Origin: a virus
Taxonomy: Duplodnaviria > Caudoviricetes
Virus record (IMG/VR): IMGVR_UViG_3300017766_001602
Span: 1-45,822 of that record
Length of the DNA: 45,822 nucleotides
Strand: one strand, 5' to 3'
The notes under the pieces were generated by a model that saw nothing but the letters and a program-made list of their open reading frames with translations, had not been told where the DNA came from and searched no databases. Positions 7,775 to 16,438 of this stretch are shown piece after piece. The position numbers were made by a program, and so were the translations under genes. Numbering within the stretch: the first letter of the stretch is position 1; each line of letters starts with the position of its first letter.

Positions 7775-7795
7775 TTTGTGACGCCACGTCACAAA
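7775..7795. promoter_or_regulatory. 21-bp palindrome, copy 5
   Basis: TTTGTGACG-CCA-CGTCACAAA, the exact reverse complement of copy 3. Confidence 0.8.
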
Positions 7796-8078
7796 GAACA
7801 GGGTAAACGTCCGGTTAATGGATTGTGTTAGATGTGAATTGATGAGCGTGCGGCGCGCGGCTGCATGGGAATAATTCTTTTTATTCGGTTGATCGGCCTT
7901 GGGGGTTTCAGTCTCGCAGAGGCCCCCCGTTTCCTATCATGGTCTCGCTCGTAGCATTTCGTAACTTTTTCAAAATAAGAATTTTTTCCTAAAATTTTCC
8001 GCCGCCAAAAATCAACCCACCACTACAATTCGTCTAAATCAATATCCCCACTTATCAGACCCCGCCACAACGCCCATC

Positions 8079-8106
8079 TTGCAATCTCGAAAACACAGTG
8101 TATAAA
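8079..8106 (+). promoter_or_regulatory. Possible rightward promoter
   Basis: TTGCAA-N16-TATAAA downstream of A/T tracts. Confidence 0.35.
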
Positions 8107-8152
8107 GCTCATCGCCGCCGTGCAGGGCAGCACTGCCTCACTCACCTGAGGT

Positions 8153-8194
8153 GAACCCGTCGAGGTCTCGGACCCTCGGCGGGTTCGTCGTTTT
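8153..8194 (+). terminator. Long hairpin, terminator/attenuator-like, upstream of the late operon
   Basis: GAACCCGTCGAGG...CCTCGGCGGGTTC (13 bp, one G-U) followed by GTCGTTTT. Confidence 0.5.
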
Positions 8195-8271
8195 CGGGGC
8201 CATTTTTCCACCGGTTATCACGTCACATATTCAGGGTAGCGACCGGCCCGGCGATCTGGTATTCTCGTCGC

Positions 8272-8835
8272 ATGCGACCGAGTGAATGGGATGACGAGGA
8301 AGACTTCGACGACGACGAGGCCGACGAGGCTGAGCCGCCGTACATGCGCGTCCTGAACAATCTCAAATCGCGTGTCGATGCCAACGTGAAGGCCACTGGT
8401 GGCGGCAAGGCGGTCGTGCCGATCTACGCGACGGTTGTCGATCCTGCCATCATGGGCTGGCCCGCAACGCTGCCTCTGGAAGTCGCTCTCAAGTCGCACG
8501 ACATCGCTCATGTTCTCGAAGCCTATGGCATCGACGAGGAGCGCTGGCTCTCGCTGAAGAACGATCCGCTGTTTATCGCGGATGTGAATTTCTACAACGA
8601 GGAGCTGAAGAAGGACGGCATGAGCTTCAAGCTCAAAGCCCGGCTCCAATCCGAAGAACTCCTGAAGACCGCGTGGAAGATGATACATGACGCGGTGACG
8701 CCCGCTGCGGTGCGCGCTGACATGCTCAAATTCGTGGTGCGTGTGGCGGGTCTCGACGCGAGCAAGGAGGCCGCGACGACAGGCCCCGGCTCCGTCATGG
8801 GCTTGCAGATCAACATCGACTTGGGAGGCCGTTGA
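8272..8835 (+). CDS. Putative terminase small subunit
   Basis: 187 aa, helical, first late gene upstream of TerL; C-terminal beta-strand-like LQINIDLG. Assignment is positional. Confidence 0.55.
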   Translation: MRPSEWDDEEDFDDDEADEAEPPYMRVLNNLKSRVDANVKATGGGKAVVPIYATVVDPAIMGWPATLPLEVALKSHDIAHVLEAYGIDEERWLSLKNDPLFIADVNFYNEELKKDGMSFKLKARLQSEELLKTAWKMIHDAVTPAAVRADMLKFVVRVAGLDASKEAATTGPGSVMGLQINIDLGGR

Positions 8836-8966
8836 TGCCTGAGATCGCAGATGACGCCGAGGGTGAAGCCTGTCCGGGCTGTGGAGAGTACAACGAGCTG
8901 TCGTACTGGTGCGCGACGACGGGCGAGTTCGTGTGTGAGGCATGCGCGCCGGAGGAAGCAGAATGA
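8835..8966 (+). CDS. 43-aa acidic Zn-ribbon micro-protein (not in the ORF track)
   Basis: MPEIADDAEGEACPGCGEYNELSYWCATTGEFVCEACAPEEAE; CxxC...CxxC; TGATG and ATGA overlaps on both sides; GGAGG RBS. Confidence 0.7.
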   Translation: MPEIADDAEGEACPGCGEYNELSYWCATTGEFVCEACAPEEAE

Positions 8967-9250
8967 GTGAGCAGGACAAACCGGCAGCAAACCCGGAAGC
9001 CGAAGAAGTCCATCCGCCGATGCCGGTGGAAGGCTACACGGAGCAGAGCGAGCTGCGCATCCAGATGGTCAACCTCAACAAGAAGATGGAGGAGGGCTTC
9101 CTGCGCGTGTTCGACAACCTCGCCAAGTCGCCGGACGGGGCCATCGACAAGCGCTGGCTTGCCATCGGGCGCTCGCAGATCGAGCAGGGCTTCATGGCGG
9201 TCAACAGGGCCATCTTCATGCCTCAGCGGATCGAAGGACCGCTCGGCTGA
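8963..9250 (+). CDS. acb2: Acb2-like (anti-CBASS, cyclic-oligonucleotide sponge) protein
   Basis: 95 aa; GY(x14)K N-terminal helix and RWLAIGRSQIEQGFMAVNRAIFMP match the Acb2 pattern as I recall it (GY...K...RWLAIG.T..Q.G.MA..RAI..P); GGAGG RBS. Confidence 0.75.
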   Translation: MSEQDKPAANPEAEEVHPPMPVEGYTEQSELRIQMVNLNKKMEEGFLRVFDNLAKSPDGAIDKRWLAIGRSQIEQGFMAVNRAIFMPQRIEGPLG

Positions 9251-9357
9251 TGAAGACGATCATCATCGCGTTCGCCACCGTACTGGGGATCGTCATCGGG
9301 GCTGTGGCCGTGACCATGGGCCTCGGTGTCTTTTTGTCTGCGCTGGTGACGCGATGA
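9250..9357 (+). CDS. 35-aa hydrophobic membrane peptide (not in the ORF track)
   Basis: MKTIIIAFATVLGIVIGAVAVTMGLGVFLSALVTR; TGATG and ATGA coupling to its neighbours. Confidence 0.65.
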   Translation: MKTIIIAFATVLGIVIGAVAVTMGLGVFLSALVTR

Positions 9358-10847
9358 AGATCAACTACAAGCCGCCGCCGACGCTGCGCGAGTACATCAA
9401 ACACTACAAGCCGCACGAGCTGTTCTACGATCTCGTGGTCGGCCCGGTCGGCTCCGGCAAGACGACAGCGCTGTTCTTCAAGCTCGTCTACATGGCCTCG
9501 TTGCAGGAGCCCTGCGACGACGGCATCAGGCGTTCGCGGGCGGTGATCGTGCGCAACACGGCACCGCAGCTCAACGACACCACCATCGTGTCGTGGAATT
9601 ACTGGTTCAAGCACGGGCAGGCCGGTGAGTGGCACAAGACCAACAAGACCTTCATGCTGCGCTTCGGCGACGTGGAGTGCGAGGTGTTGTTCAGGCCGCT
9701 CGATACGCCAGACGACGTGCAGCGCGTGCTGTCGCTCGAAGTGACGTTCGCGATCCTCGACGAGTTCGTGCAGATACCGCGAGAGATCGTGGATGCGCTG
9801 AGCGCGCGCTGTGGCCGCTATCCGTCGCAGGCGATGGTGCAGGGCGGCGCGACGAATTGGGGCATGTGGGGCGCATCCAACCCCGACACCGAGGACAACT
9901 GGTGGTTCGACCACCTGCACAACAAGGAGCTGGTCTTCAAGCCGCGCATCTTCAAGGATGTGAAGGCGCAGCTCGCGTACAACGCGCACTCGAAGCACGA
10001 GCACGAGAAGTTCACATACACGTATTATTTGCAGCCCTCGGGCTTCTCGAAAGAAGCAGAGAACATCGAGAACCTGCCGGGCGGTCGCGACTATTATACC
10101 AACCAAGCCAAGGGCAAGAGCGAGGCGTGGATCAAGCAGTTCCTTGAGGCTGAGTGGGGCTACAGCGCCGAGGGTAAACCTGTGGTGCCGACGTTCAGGC
10201 CGGACCTGCATGTGCGCCGGGGGCTGCGGTTCAATCCGCGCCTGCCGCTTGTCATCGGCACCGATCCCGGCCTTGGTGGCTCTGCGCTCATCTTCGGTCA
10301 GCTCGACCTCAGTGGCCGGTTGAATGTGCTCGGTGAGTTGATCCAGCAGGGATACGGCGCTGAGCGACTGATCAAGGAGCGGCTGCGGCCTTACCTGATG
10401 ACCCACTTCAAGGATGCGACCGACATCGTGATCGCGCCTGATCCTGCCGCCTACAACAGGTCGCAGAACGACGAGAAAGCGGTGGTGGACACGTTCCGCA
10501 AATACTTCCAGATCGCCAAGGATGATCTGAATAACCAGATGCCCAAGCGACTAAACGCCATCGAGTATTTCACGACGCGCTTCGCAGAGATGGAGCCTGC
10601 GCTCGCGGTCGATGCGGACATGTGCCCGGTGCTCGTCCGCGCGCTCAAGGGCGGCTGGAAATACATCATCGACAAGAAGCGCTCGGTCGTGAAGGCCGAG
10701 GCCGACAAGAACAACTATTCGCATCCCGGCGATGGCTTCGGCTATCTGTGCCGGTACTTCCACAAAGGCGCTGAGCGCGACGAGAAGTGGGGCGGCAAAC
10801 GGCCTCCCATCCCGCCGCAGCAGCCGAACACGTATTTCTTCCGATAG
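9354..10847 (+). CDS. terL: Terminase large subunit
   Basis: Walker A GPVGSGKT, Walker B AILDE, nuclease motifs IGTDPG and SHPGDGFGY; likely start is ATG 9354. Confidence 0.9.
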   Translation: MKINYKPPPTLREYIKHYKPHELFYDLVVGPVGSGKTTALFFKLVYMASLQEPCDDGIRRSRAVIVRNTAPQLNDTTIVSWNYWFKHGQAGEWHKTNKTFMLRFGDVECEVLFRPLDTPDDVQRVLSLEVTFAILDEFVQIPREIVDALSARCGRYPSQAMVQGGATNWGMWGASNPDTEDNWWFDHLHNKELVFKPRIFKDVKAQLAYNAHSKHEHEKFTYTYYLQPSGFSKEAENIENLPGGRDYYTNQAKGKSEAWIKQFLEAEWGYSAEGKPVVPTFRPDLHVRRGLRFNPRLPLVIGTDPGLGGSALIFGQLDLSGRLNVLGELIQQGYGAERLIKERLRPYLMTHFKDATDIVIAPDPAAYNRSQNDEKAVVDTFRKYFQIAKDDLNNQMPKRLNAIEYFTTRFAEMEPALAVDADMCPVLVRALKGGWKYIIDKKRSVVKAEADKNNYSHPGDGFGYLCRYFHKGAERDEKWGGKRPPIPPQQPNTYFFR

Positions 10848-10856
10848 GGGGTCACC

Positions 10857-12953
10857 ATGTCCGACGTAGCCAGCAGAGAAGACGCCACACCGCCGACTGT
10901 CATGGTCACCCCGCAGCCTGCACCTGTGCGCGCCATAAACCCTGAGGTGCTGAAGTCGCTCGGTACATCGCTCGGCAAACGCTTCGACGTGTACGCGTCA
11001 GATCGCATCGTCATCGAGCAGAAGTGGATGCGCAACCTGCGCCAGTATCTCGGCATATATGACCCGGAGATCGAGCGGCAGCTTCAGAAGAACAGGTCCC
11101 AAGCCTACCCGCGCATCACGCGTGTGAAGTGCGTGTCGATGCTCGCGCGCATCATGAACCTCATGTTCCCGGCCAACGAGAGGCACTGGGAGCTGAAGCC
11201 CTCACCGGCTCCCGATCTGCCGCCAGAGGACGTGGCAGAGGCCGTGCATCGCATGGCTAAACTCAATCAGGAGGCAGGCACCGAGTTCGAGATGGACGAC
11301 GACTTCATCAATCTGGCGGTGCAGCGCCTCGCTGCTGAGCGCGCCAAGGCGCTCATCACCACGATGGATGACCAGCTCCAAGAGCTTGGTGGAGACCAGA
11401 CGCTCGACCACATCGCGCTCAATCGCGCGGTGATCAAGAGCGCGATCCTGTACGGCGTCGGCCTGCTGCGTGGACCCTTCGTGCGCGAGCAGCGCTCGTT
11501 CAAGTGGGAAGGCGGCGATGCCGGTAAGCCGGTGCGCAGCGAGAAGACCAGCTACAAGCCGATGTTCGAGTTCCTGCCGGTGTGGGACTTCTACCCCGAC
11601 ATGGCGGCCAAGACGCTCAACCAGATGGACGGCTATTTCGTTCGTCTGGTGATGACGCGCTCGCAAGTGCGCAAGCTCAAGGATCGCACGGACTTCTTCC
11701 CGAACATGATCGAGGACGTGATGAAGCGTCTGTCGAGCGGCAACTACAAGGCGCGCAACTTCGATACGGAGCTGCGTTCCATGGGCGTGCGCTCGAACGT
11801 CGATGAGAACAAGAGCGAAGAAGGCGGCGGCAAATTCGAGGTCATCATCTGGCACGGCCCGATCAGCGGCAAGCAGTTGCAGGCGGCAGGCGCGACGGTG
11901 CCGGACGGCAAACTCAACGACGACATCGACGCCGAGGTGTGGCTCATCGACGGTACGCCGATCAAGTGCGACATCAACCCATGGCGCAAGATGGGCACCG
12001 ACGTGAAGATGCTGCATGCGTTCCAGTTCGATGAGGACGACACGAGCCCTATCGGCAACGGTCTGCCGAACATCATGCGCGATAGCCAGATGTCGGTGAA
12101 TGCGGCGACACGCATGCTGATGGACAACGCGTCCATCGCGTGCGGCACCAACATCGAGGTCAACCTCGACCTGCTGCTGCCTCAGCAGGACATCAGCGGC
12201 TTGTACGCCCACAAGACGTGGTATCGCGAGGGCATGGGCAACGAGGCCAACATCCCGGCTGTGCGCAACATCCAGATCGATGCGCACATGCAGGAGCTGC
12301 TGAAGGTCATCGAGCTGTTCATGCAGTTCGCGGACGCCGAGACGTTCGTCGGGCCGCAGACAGGTGGCGACACGCAGCAGGGTCCCTCGGAGCCCATGCG
12401 TACCGCTGCCGGGCAGTCCATGATGCGCGCCGACGCGGCGCTGCCCTTCAAGGACATCATCCGCAACTTCGACAGCTTCACGCAGTCGGTGATCTACGCG
12501 CTGGTGCAATTCAATCGGAAGTTCAACGCCAACCTTGTCAAGGAAGGCGACTTCAACGTCATCGCGCGCGGCGCGACGAGCATGATCGCGAAGGAAGTTC
12601 GCGGCATGCAGATCGATGCGCTCTCGGTCACACTGAAGCCGAACGAGATGATGCACGTCGATGACCGCAAGATGATCGAGGCACGCTTCGCCGTCCGCGA
12701 TCTGCAAGACATGCTCGTCTCCGAAGACGAGGCCAAGCGTCGTGCACAGGCCGAGAGCCAGCGCGCTCAGCAGCAGATGGAGCAGGCAACGGCTCTGGCC
12801 GAAGCAGAGCGCCGCAAGGTGCTGGCAGAGAGCTTCAAGGACATCTCGCAGGCGCAGAAGAACATGGCGGCTGCGGATGCAACGAACGTCACGGCTGCAC
12901 TGGCCGTGCTCGACAAGGCCAACGGCGAGGGAGCAGACGATGGAGCGAAGTGA
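10857..12953 (+). CDS. Portal protein (large, podovirus type with C-terminal helical barrel)
   Basis: 698 aa directly after TerL; WDFYPD motif; Q/A-rich coiled-coil C-terminus. Confidence 0.85.
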   Translation: MSDVASREDATPPTVMVTPQPAPVRAINPEVLKSLGTSLGKRFDVYASDRIVIEQKWMRNLRQYLGIYDPEIERQLQKNRSQAYPRITRVKCVSMLARIMNLMFPANERHWELKPSPAPDLPPEDVAEAVHRMAKLNQEAGTEFEMDDDFINLAVQRLAAERAKALITTMDDQLQELGGDQTLDHIALNRAVIKSAILYGVGLLRGPFVREQRSFKWEGGDAGKPVRSEKTSYKPMFEFLPVWDFYPDMAAKTLNQMDGYFVRLVMTRSQVRKLKDRTDFFPNMIEDVMKRLSSGNYKARNFDTELRSMGVRSNVDENKSEEGGGKFEVIIWHGPISGKQLQAAGATVPDGKLNDDIDAEVWLIDGTPIKCDINPWRKMGTDVKMLHAFQFDEDDTSPIGNGLPNIMRDSQMSVNAATRMLMDNASIACGTNIEVNLDLLLPQQDISGLYAHKTWYREGMGNEANIPAVRNIQIDAHMQELLKVIELFMQFADAETFVGPQTGGDTQQGPSEPMRTAAGQSMMRADAALPFKDIIRNFDSFTQSVIYALVQFNRKFNANLVKEGDFNVIARGATSMIAKEVRGMQIDALSVTLKPNEMMHVDDRKMIEARFAVRDLQDMLVSEDEAKRRAQAESQRAQQQMEQATALAEAERRKVLAESFKDISQAQKNMAAADATNVTAALAVLDKANGEGADDGAK

Positions 12954-13182
12954 CCGTCCACGGGACGTGAAGGCAGCACTGGCGGATCAGATCAACAAGA
13001 AGCTCGGCACGCCCGATGTTGATCTGGTGATGCAATACTTGGGGGCATTGCGCGCGGACATGGCGGAAGCGCTTGTGGAAGCCCCGATTGATCGAGTACC
13101 AGCGATGCAAGGGGGGATCAAAACCCTCGACCAGATCGTGAAGGACTTCCGCCGTCCTCGGATCGCTGTACCAAAGGAGTAG
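12940..13182 (+). CDS. Small protein between portal and scaffold
   Basis: 80 aa from ATG 12940 (MERSDRPRD...), GGAG RBS. Confidence 0.65.
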   Translation: MERSDRPRDVKAALADQINKKLGTPDVDLVMQYLGALRADMAEALVEAPIDRVPAMQGGIKTLDQIVKDFRRPRIAVPKE

Positions 13183-13185
13183 ACC

Positions 13186-14160
13186 ATGGCTGGTAAAGAC
13201 GACAAGAAGGAAGCTGCCGATGTCGATCCGTTCGATCAGGCGTTCGCACAGTTCTCTGCGCCAGAGCGCACTGAGAAAGTTGAGAGCGAAGAAAAGCCCG
13301 CAGACGATGACGCTGCGAAAGCTGCGGCTGCTGCTGCGGCAGGGGACGACACCCCCGCAGACGACGCCGAGGCGAAGAAGCCCGACGATACAGATGGTAC
13401 GGGCGACGACGCGCCGGGCGACGATGCAGAAGCGGCTGCGAAAGCTGCTACAGAAGGCAAGCCTCCCGGCAAGGATGAGCCCGCTGCGGCAGCGAAGACC
13501 GACGAGGGCGCAGGTGATGACGATGTTCTGAAGCGCCTGTCGAAACTCATCAAGGATGCGCCGGAAGAAAAGCCCGCGACGAAGCCTGCCGAGGCACCCA
13601 AGCCGGTTGTCCCTGTCTACAGCGAGGACGAGGCCAAACTTCTCACCGACTACGAGAAGGATTGGCCGGATGTCGCGCGCGCTGAAGCGCTGAAGCGCCG
13701 GGGCGAATACCCGGCTATCGTCGATCACATCTTCAAGGAATTGTCTGGTCCGTTTGCGGCACTAACGCAGCAGGTTCAGATGCTCTTGGAGCGTCAGCAG
13801 CTCAACGACATCGAGCAGCGAGTGCCCGACTACAACGACAAGTTGATGGATGAGGTCGAGGGCTGGATCAAGACGCAGCCGGGGTACTTGCAAGCCGCAT
13901 ACAACCATGTCATAAGTAACGGGGATGCGAACGAGATTGCTGATCTCGTTTCTCGTTATAAGACGGAGACCGGCAAGGCCGCAGCGGCACCCGCAGCGGC
14001 ACCAGCCAAAGCTCCGAAGAAGGATACTGAGCTGCCAGCGGACGCCAAACAAGCGGCTGCTTCTCTGGCCCCAGTCAGTTCCAAACGTACAGTTGTTCCG
14101 CAAGGCGAAGACCTCGGAGATTTCGAGAGCGCGTTCGCCAAGTGGTCCAAGGACGGATGA
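13186..14160 (+). CDS. Putative capsid scaffolding protein
   Basis: 324 aa; acidic low-complexity N-half, helical middle, DFESAFAKW C-terminus; immediately before the capsid gene. Confidence 0.7.
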   Translation: MAGKDDKKEAADVDPFDQAFAQFSAPERTEKVESEEKPADDDAAKAAAAAAAGDDTPADDAEAKKPDDTDGTGDDAPGDDAEAAAKAATEGKPPGKDEPAAAAKTDEGAGDDDVLKRLSKLIKDAPEEKPATKPAEAPKPVVPVYSEDEAKLLTDYEKDWPDVARAEALKRRGEYPAIVDHIFKELSGPFAALTQQVQMLLERQQLNDIEQRVPDYNDKLMDEVEGWIKTQPGYLQAAYNHVISNGDANEIADLVSRYKTETGKAAAAPAAAPAKAPKKDTELPADAKQAAASLAPVSSKRTVVPQGEDLGDFESAFAKWSKDG

Positions 14161-14181
14161 ACTAACTAGGAGCCAAAGATC

Positions 14182-15228
14182 ATGGTAAATTATGGTGACA
14201 TCTCCCCCGCAGTCGCAGCTTACGCGGTTGTTCGCATGCTCAAGCGTGCGATGCCGCTGTTGCAGCTCGAAAAGTTCGGCCAGACTTACGTGCTGCCGAC
14301 CAACTCGACGCAGACCGCGAAATTCCGCCGCTACTTCCTCTCCGGCGCGACGGGCGCGGCAGGCCAGACCGGCTCGCCGATCTCCAACTTCTACATCCCG
14401 CTCGCGACGACCCCGCTCGTCGAAGGCGTGACGCCGACCGGCAACCGCCTCGCCAATCAGGACTACACCGTGACGCTCGCCCAGTACGGCGACTTCATCA
14501 CGATCACCGATGTCGTCATGGATACGCACACCGACAAGGTGCTGCAAGAAGCCACGGACATCCTCGGTGAGCAGGCTGCGGTCACCGTGGAGACGCTGCG
14601 CTTCAACGTCCTCAAGGCGGGCACGAACGTCTTCTACGCCAATCAGGTTGCTGGCCGGTCTTCGGTCATCAAGCAAATCTCGCTCGCAGATCAGCGCCGC
14701 GTCACCACGGCTCTGAACCGCCAGAACGCGAAGAAGATCACGAACATCGTGGGATCGTCTTCGGACTACAACACGAAGTCGGTGGAAGCGGCCTACATGG
14801 CTGTCGTCCATCCCGATCTCGAAACCGACATCCGCCAGTTGACCGGCTTCAAGCCTGTCGCGGATTACGGCCCGCACACGTCTCCGATGGAAGGTGAGAT
14901 CGGCTCGGTCGAGCAGGTCCGCTACCTCTCCTCGACCGTGCTCGCGCCGTGGGCCGACACAGGCGGTGATGCGACCACTCACAGCGTTCGCTTCACCACG
15001 GCTGACACGGCTTGCGACGTTTACCCCGTCCTGATCTTCGCACGCGATGCTTTCGGCATCGTGCCGCTGAAGGGCAAGTCGGCGATGACGCCCATGGTCG
15101 TCAACCCGAAGCCTGCTCCCGGCGATCCGCTCGCTCAGCGTGGCACGGTCGGCTGGAAGCTCTGGACCGCGACGGTCATCCTGCAAGAGGCTTGGATGGC
15201 TCGCCTCGAAGTGGCTTGCAGCGCCTAA
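14182..15228 (+). CDS. Major capsid protein, N4-gp56-like family
   Basis: 348 aa; TPLVEGVTP, QYGDFITITD, GEIGSVEQVR, DPLAQRGTVGWK motifs. Confidence 0.9.
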   Translation: MVNYGDISPAVAAYAVVRMLKRAMPLLQLEKFGQTYVLPTNSTQTAKFRRYFLSGATGAAGQTGSPISNFYIPLATTPLVEGVTPTGNRLANQDYTVTLAQYGDFITITDVVMDTHTDKVLQEATDILGEQAAVTVETLRFNVLKAGTNVFYANQVAGRSSVIKQISLADQRRVTTALNRQNAKKITNIVGSSSDYNTKSVEAAYMAVVHPDLETDIRQLTGFKPVADYGPHTSPMEGEIGSVEQVRYLSSTVLAPWADTGGDATTHSVRFTTADTACDVYPVLIFARDAFGIVPLKGKSAMTPMVVNPKPAPGDPLAQRGTVGWKLWTATVILQEAWMARLEVACSA

Positions 15229-15234
15229 TGTGAT

Positions 15235-15251
15235 GGGGGCCTAGCGCCCCC
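15235..15251 (+). terminator. Hairpin after capsid gene
   Basis: GGGGGC-CTAGC-GCCCCC; weak U-tract. Confidence 0.4.
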
Positions 15252-15289
15252 ACTCACTTCGCCCTGAGATCAATCGGAGACATACGACT

Positions 15290-15601
15290 ATGGCTGAAGT
15301 TCAAAAGAATATGGATGGTGTCGCCCGCTTCGCAAGCGGTTACATCGATCCCTCGGCAACCGGCGCGAAGGTCATCACGCTCGGCTTCCGCCCGCGCTAC
15401 GTTCTCATGATCAACGAAGACCTCGTTGTTCGTTGGGAAAAACTCGACAGCATGGCCGCTGCTGCGTGCCTGAAGACGGTCACTGGCGGCACCATGACCT
15501 ACGATACGAACTCGGCAATCGTCATCGACGATAAAGGGTTCACGATCTCGTCCGCTGCTTACGGCGACGGCGATAACGTCATGTGGGTCGCCTACGGCTA
15601 A
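15290..15601 (+). CDS. Small putative virion (head accessory) protein
   Basis: 103 aa, beta-rich, ITLGFRPRYV, GGAG RBS. Confidence 0.7.
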   Translation: MAEVQKNMDGVARFASGYIDPSATGAKVITLGFRPRYVLMINEDLVVRWEKLDSMAAAACLKTVTGGTMTYDTNSAIVIDDKGFTISSAAYGDGDNVMWVAYG

Positions 15602-15606
15602 GGAGA

Positions 15607-15620
15607 GGGGCTTCGGCCCC
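15607..15620 (+). terminator. UUCG hairpin / likely terminator
   Basis: GGGGC-TTCG-GCCCC. Confidence 0.5.
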
Positions 15621-15653
15621 AATCCTGTTTCTCTCACACGGAGCTAAAGCCAC

Positions 15654-16124
15654 ATGGCACGCGAAGTTCTCGACCATACCCTTAACAGCGATCTCGGTGC
15701 TCAGTTCGCAAAGCTGAACGAGATGCTGACAGAACTCTATGCCGCGCAGGCGGCAGCGACCCCGGATACTCTCGTCGTTCCGGCAGCTACGCTCGGCGAT
15801 CTCGTGCTCGGTCAGGGTCTCGTGAAGACCGCATCGGCGACTGCCGGTGCTGCGACTTTGACGAACCCTTCAGGCACGATCACGACGGAAGCGCTGACCA
15901 CGGCGGCGGGCGCGGATTACACCCTGACCATCACCAATACCGAGGTCGCGGCTGCGGATATTCCGTTCGCCTCGCTTCGCAACGGGACGAACACTCAGGG
16001 CTTGCCGCTCATCAAGAGCGTCAATCCCAACGCCAACCAGCTCGTGATTATCGTGCGCAATGCTCACGCGTCTGAAGCTCTCAACGGCACGCTGGAGATC
16101 GCCTTCGGGGTGCTGAAGGTCTAA
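15654..16124 (+). CDS. Putative head decoration/fibre protein
   Basis: 156 aa, Ala/Thr-rich beta C-domain, GGAG RBS. Confidence 0.65.
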   Translation: MAREVLDHTLNSDLGAQFAKLNEMLTELYAAQAAATPDTLVVPAATLGDLVLGQGLVKTASATAGAATLTNPSGTITTEALTTAAGADYTLTITNTEVAAADIPFASLRNGTNTQGLPLIKSVNPNANQLVIIVRNAHASEALNGTLEIAFGVLKV

Positions 16125-16149
16125 CCTTTGGCGCATCAATAAACATGCA

Positions 16150-16171
16150 CGAGGGGGCTTAGGCTCCCTCG
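16150..16171 (+). terminator. Intergenic hairpin
   Basis: CGAGGGGGC-TTAG-GCTCCCTCG. Confidence 0.45.
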
Positions 16172-16189
16172 TTGCGTATGGAGGTGGTC

Positions 16190-16438
16190 ATGGAGTGCAA
16201 GGTCTACATCGAGCGGAAGCAAAACGGCTACGAGGTCGAAATCCACGATCCGAAAATCGTGGAGCAAAACCGCGATCCAAGCAGCAAACGCCCTTGGCGC
16301 GACCCGAAAAGGTCGTATGTCTTTAAGAGCGTGAAGGAGGTCTTGGACTTCCTGAACAAGAACCTCGATAAGGCTCTCCCCATGGACGAGTATTCATCGA
16401 GCTTCGATAAAGCCGCAGGAGAGATCGATGGCAAATGA
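16190..16438 (+). CDS. Hypothetical protein
   Basis: MECKVYIERKQNGY..., GGAGG RBS. Confidence 0.7.
   Translation: MECKVYIERKQNGYEVEIHDPKIVEQNRDPSSKRPWRDPKRSYVFKSVKEVLDFLNKNLDKALPMDEYSSSFDKAAGEIDGK

Noticed and set aside
3005-7795. Palindromes as canonical CRP/FNR boxes or as a CRISPR-like array
   Set aside because: The TGTGA-TCACA spacer is 7 nt rather than 6, and copies are 1.0-1.4 kb apart with genes between them
8967-9353. 129-aa N-terminal extension of TerL in the ORF track
   Set aside because: It is an Arg/Ser-rich off-frame read across the acb2-like gene and TM peptide; ATG 9354 is coupled to the upstream stop
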